Source: a virus. From it: a DNA stretch of 64,000 nucleotides. Where the stretch lies: the IMG/VR virus record IMGVR_UViG_3300029911_000010, positions 1-64,000 of that record, one strand, 5' to 3'. Under the pieces are notes generated by a model that saw only the letters and a program-made list of their open reading frames with translations, was not told the DNA's origin and ran no database searches. The position numbers and the translations under genes were made by a program. This document shows, one piece after another, positions 63,996-64,000 of the stretch. Within the stretch, counting starts at the first letter, position 1; the number at the start of each line of letters is the position of its first letter.

Positions 63996-64000
63996 GACAG

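Noticed and set aside
1-64000. Alternative genetic code; specific host assignment
   Set aside because: Genes are intact and tightly packed under the standard code with all three stops used. The host cannot be determined from this window without searches.

Overview
This 64-kb window is the virion-morphogenesis region of a large, GC-rich myovirus (contractile tail), possibly a jumbo phage. Almost all genes are on the minus strand. In transcription order (right to left) it carries: a split RNA polymerase beta'-C-terminal subunit with a LAGLIDADG intein in the bridge helix and a long unrelated C-terminal extension; Lys-x-Ala-rich head proteins; a prohead protease, scaffold-like protein, decoration protein and HK97-type major capsid protein; an accessory island (Zn-finger/HNH nuclease, stand-alone RNAP alpha-CTD, GT2 glycosyltransferase, DIT1/PvcA-like enzyme, membrane protein); a lone plus-strand unit (promoter, ~100-nt structured RNA, tRNA-Pro(CGG)); neck, sheath, tube and spike genes; a frameshifting tail-chaperone pair; the tape measure; a baseplate cluster with an embedded sigma-70-family factor and a papain-like peptidase; five paralogous Cys-rich tail proteins; and a repeat protein running off the left edge. 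The strongest unexplained signal is a set of 22 short hairpins with A(N)GGA(N) loops and different but complementary stems. They cover the ribosome-binding sites of 16 genes in the virion modules and look like a CsrA/RsmA-type translational regulon over virion assembly. No portal, terminase, csrA or catalytic (NADFDGD) RNAP subunit was recognised in the window. All product calls come from motif recognition and gene order, without database searches.
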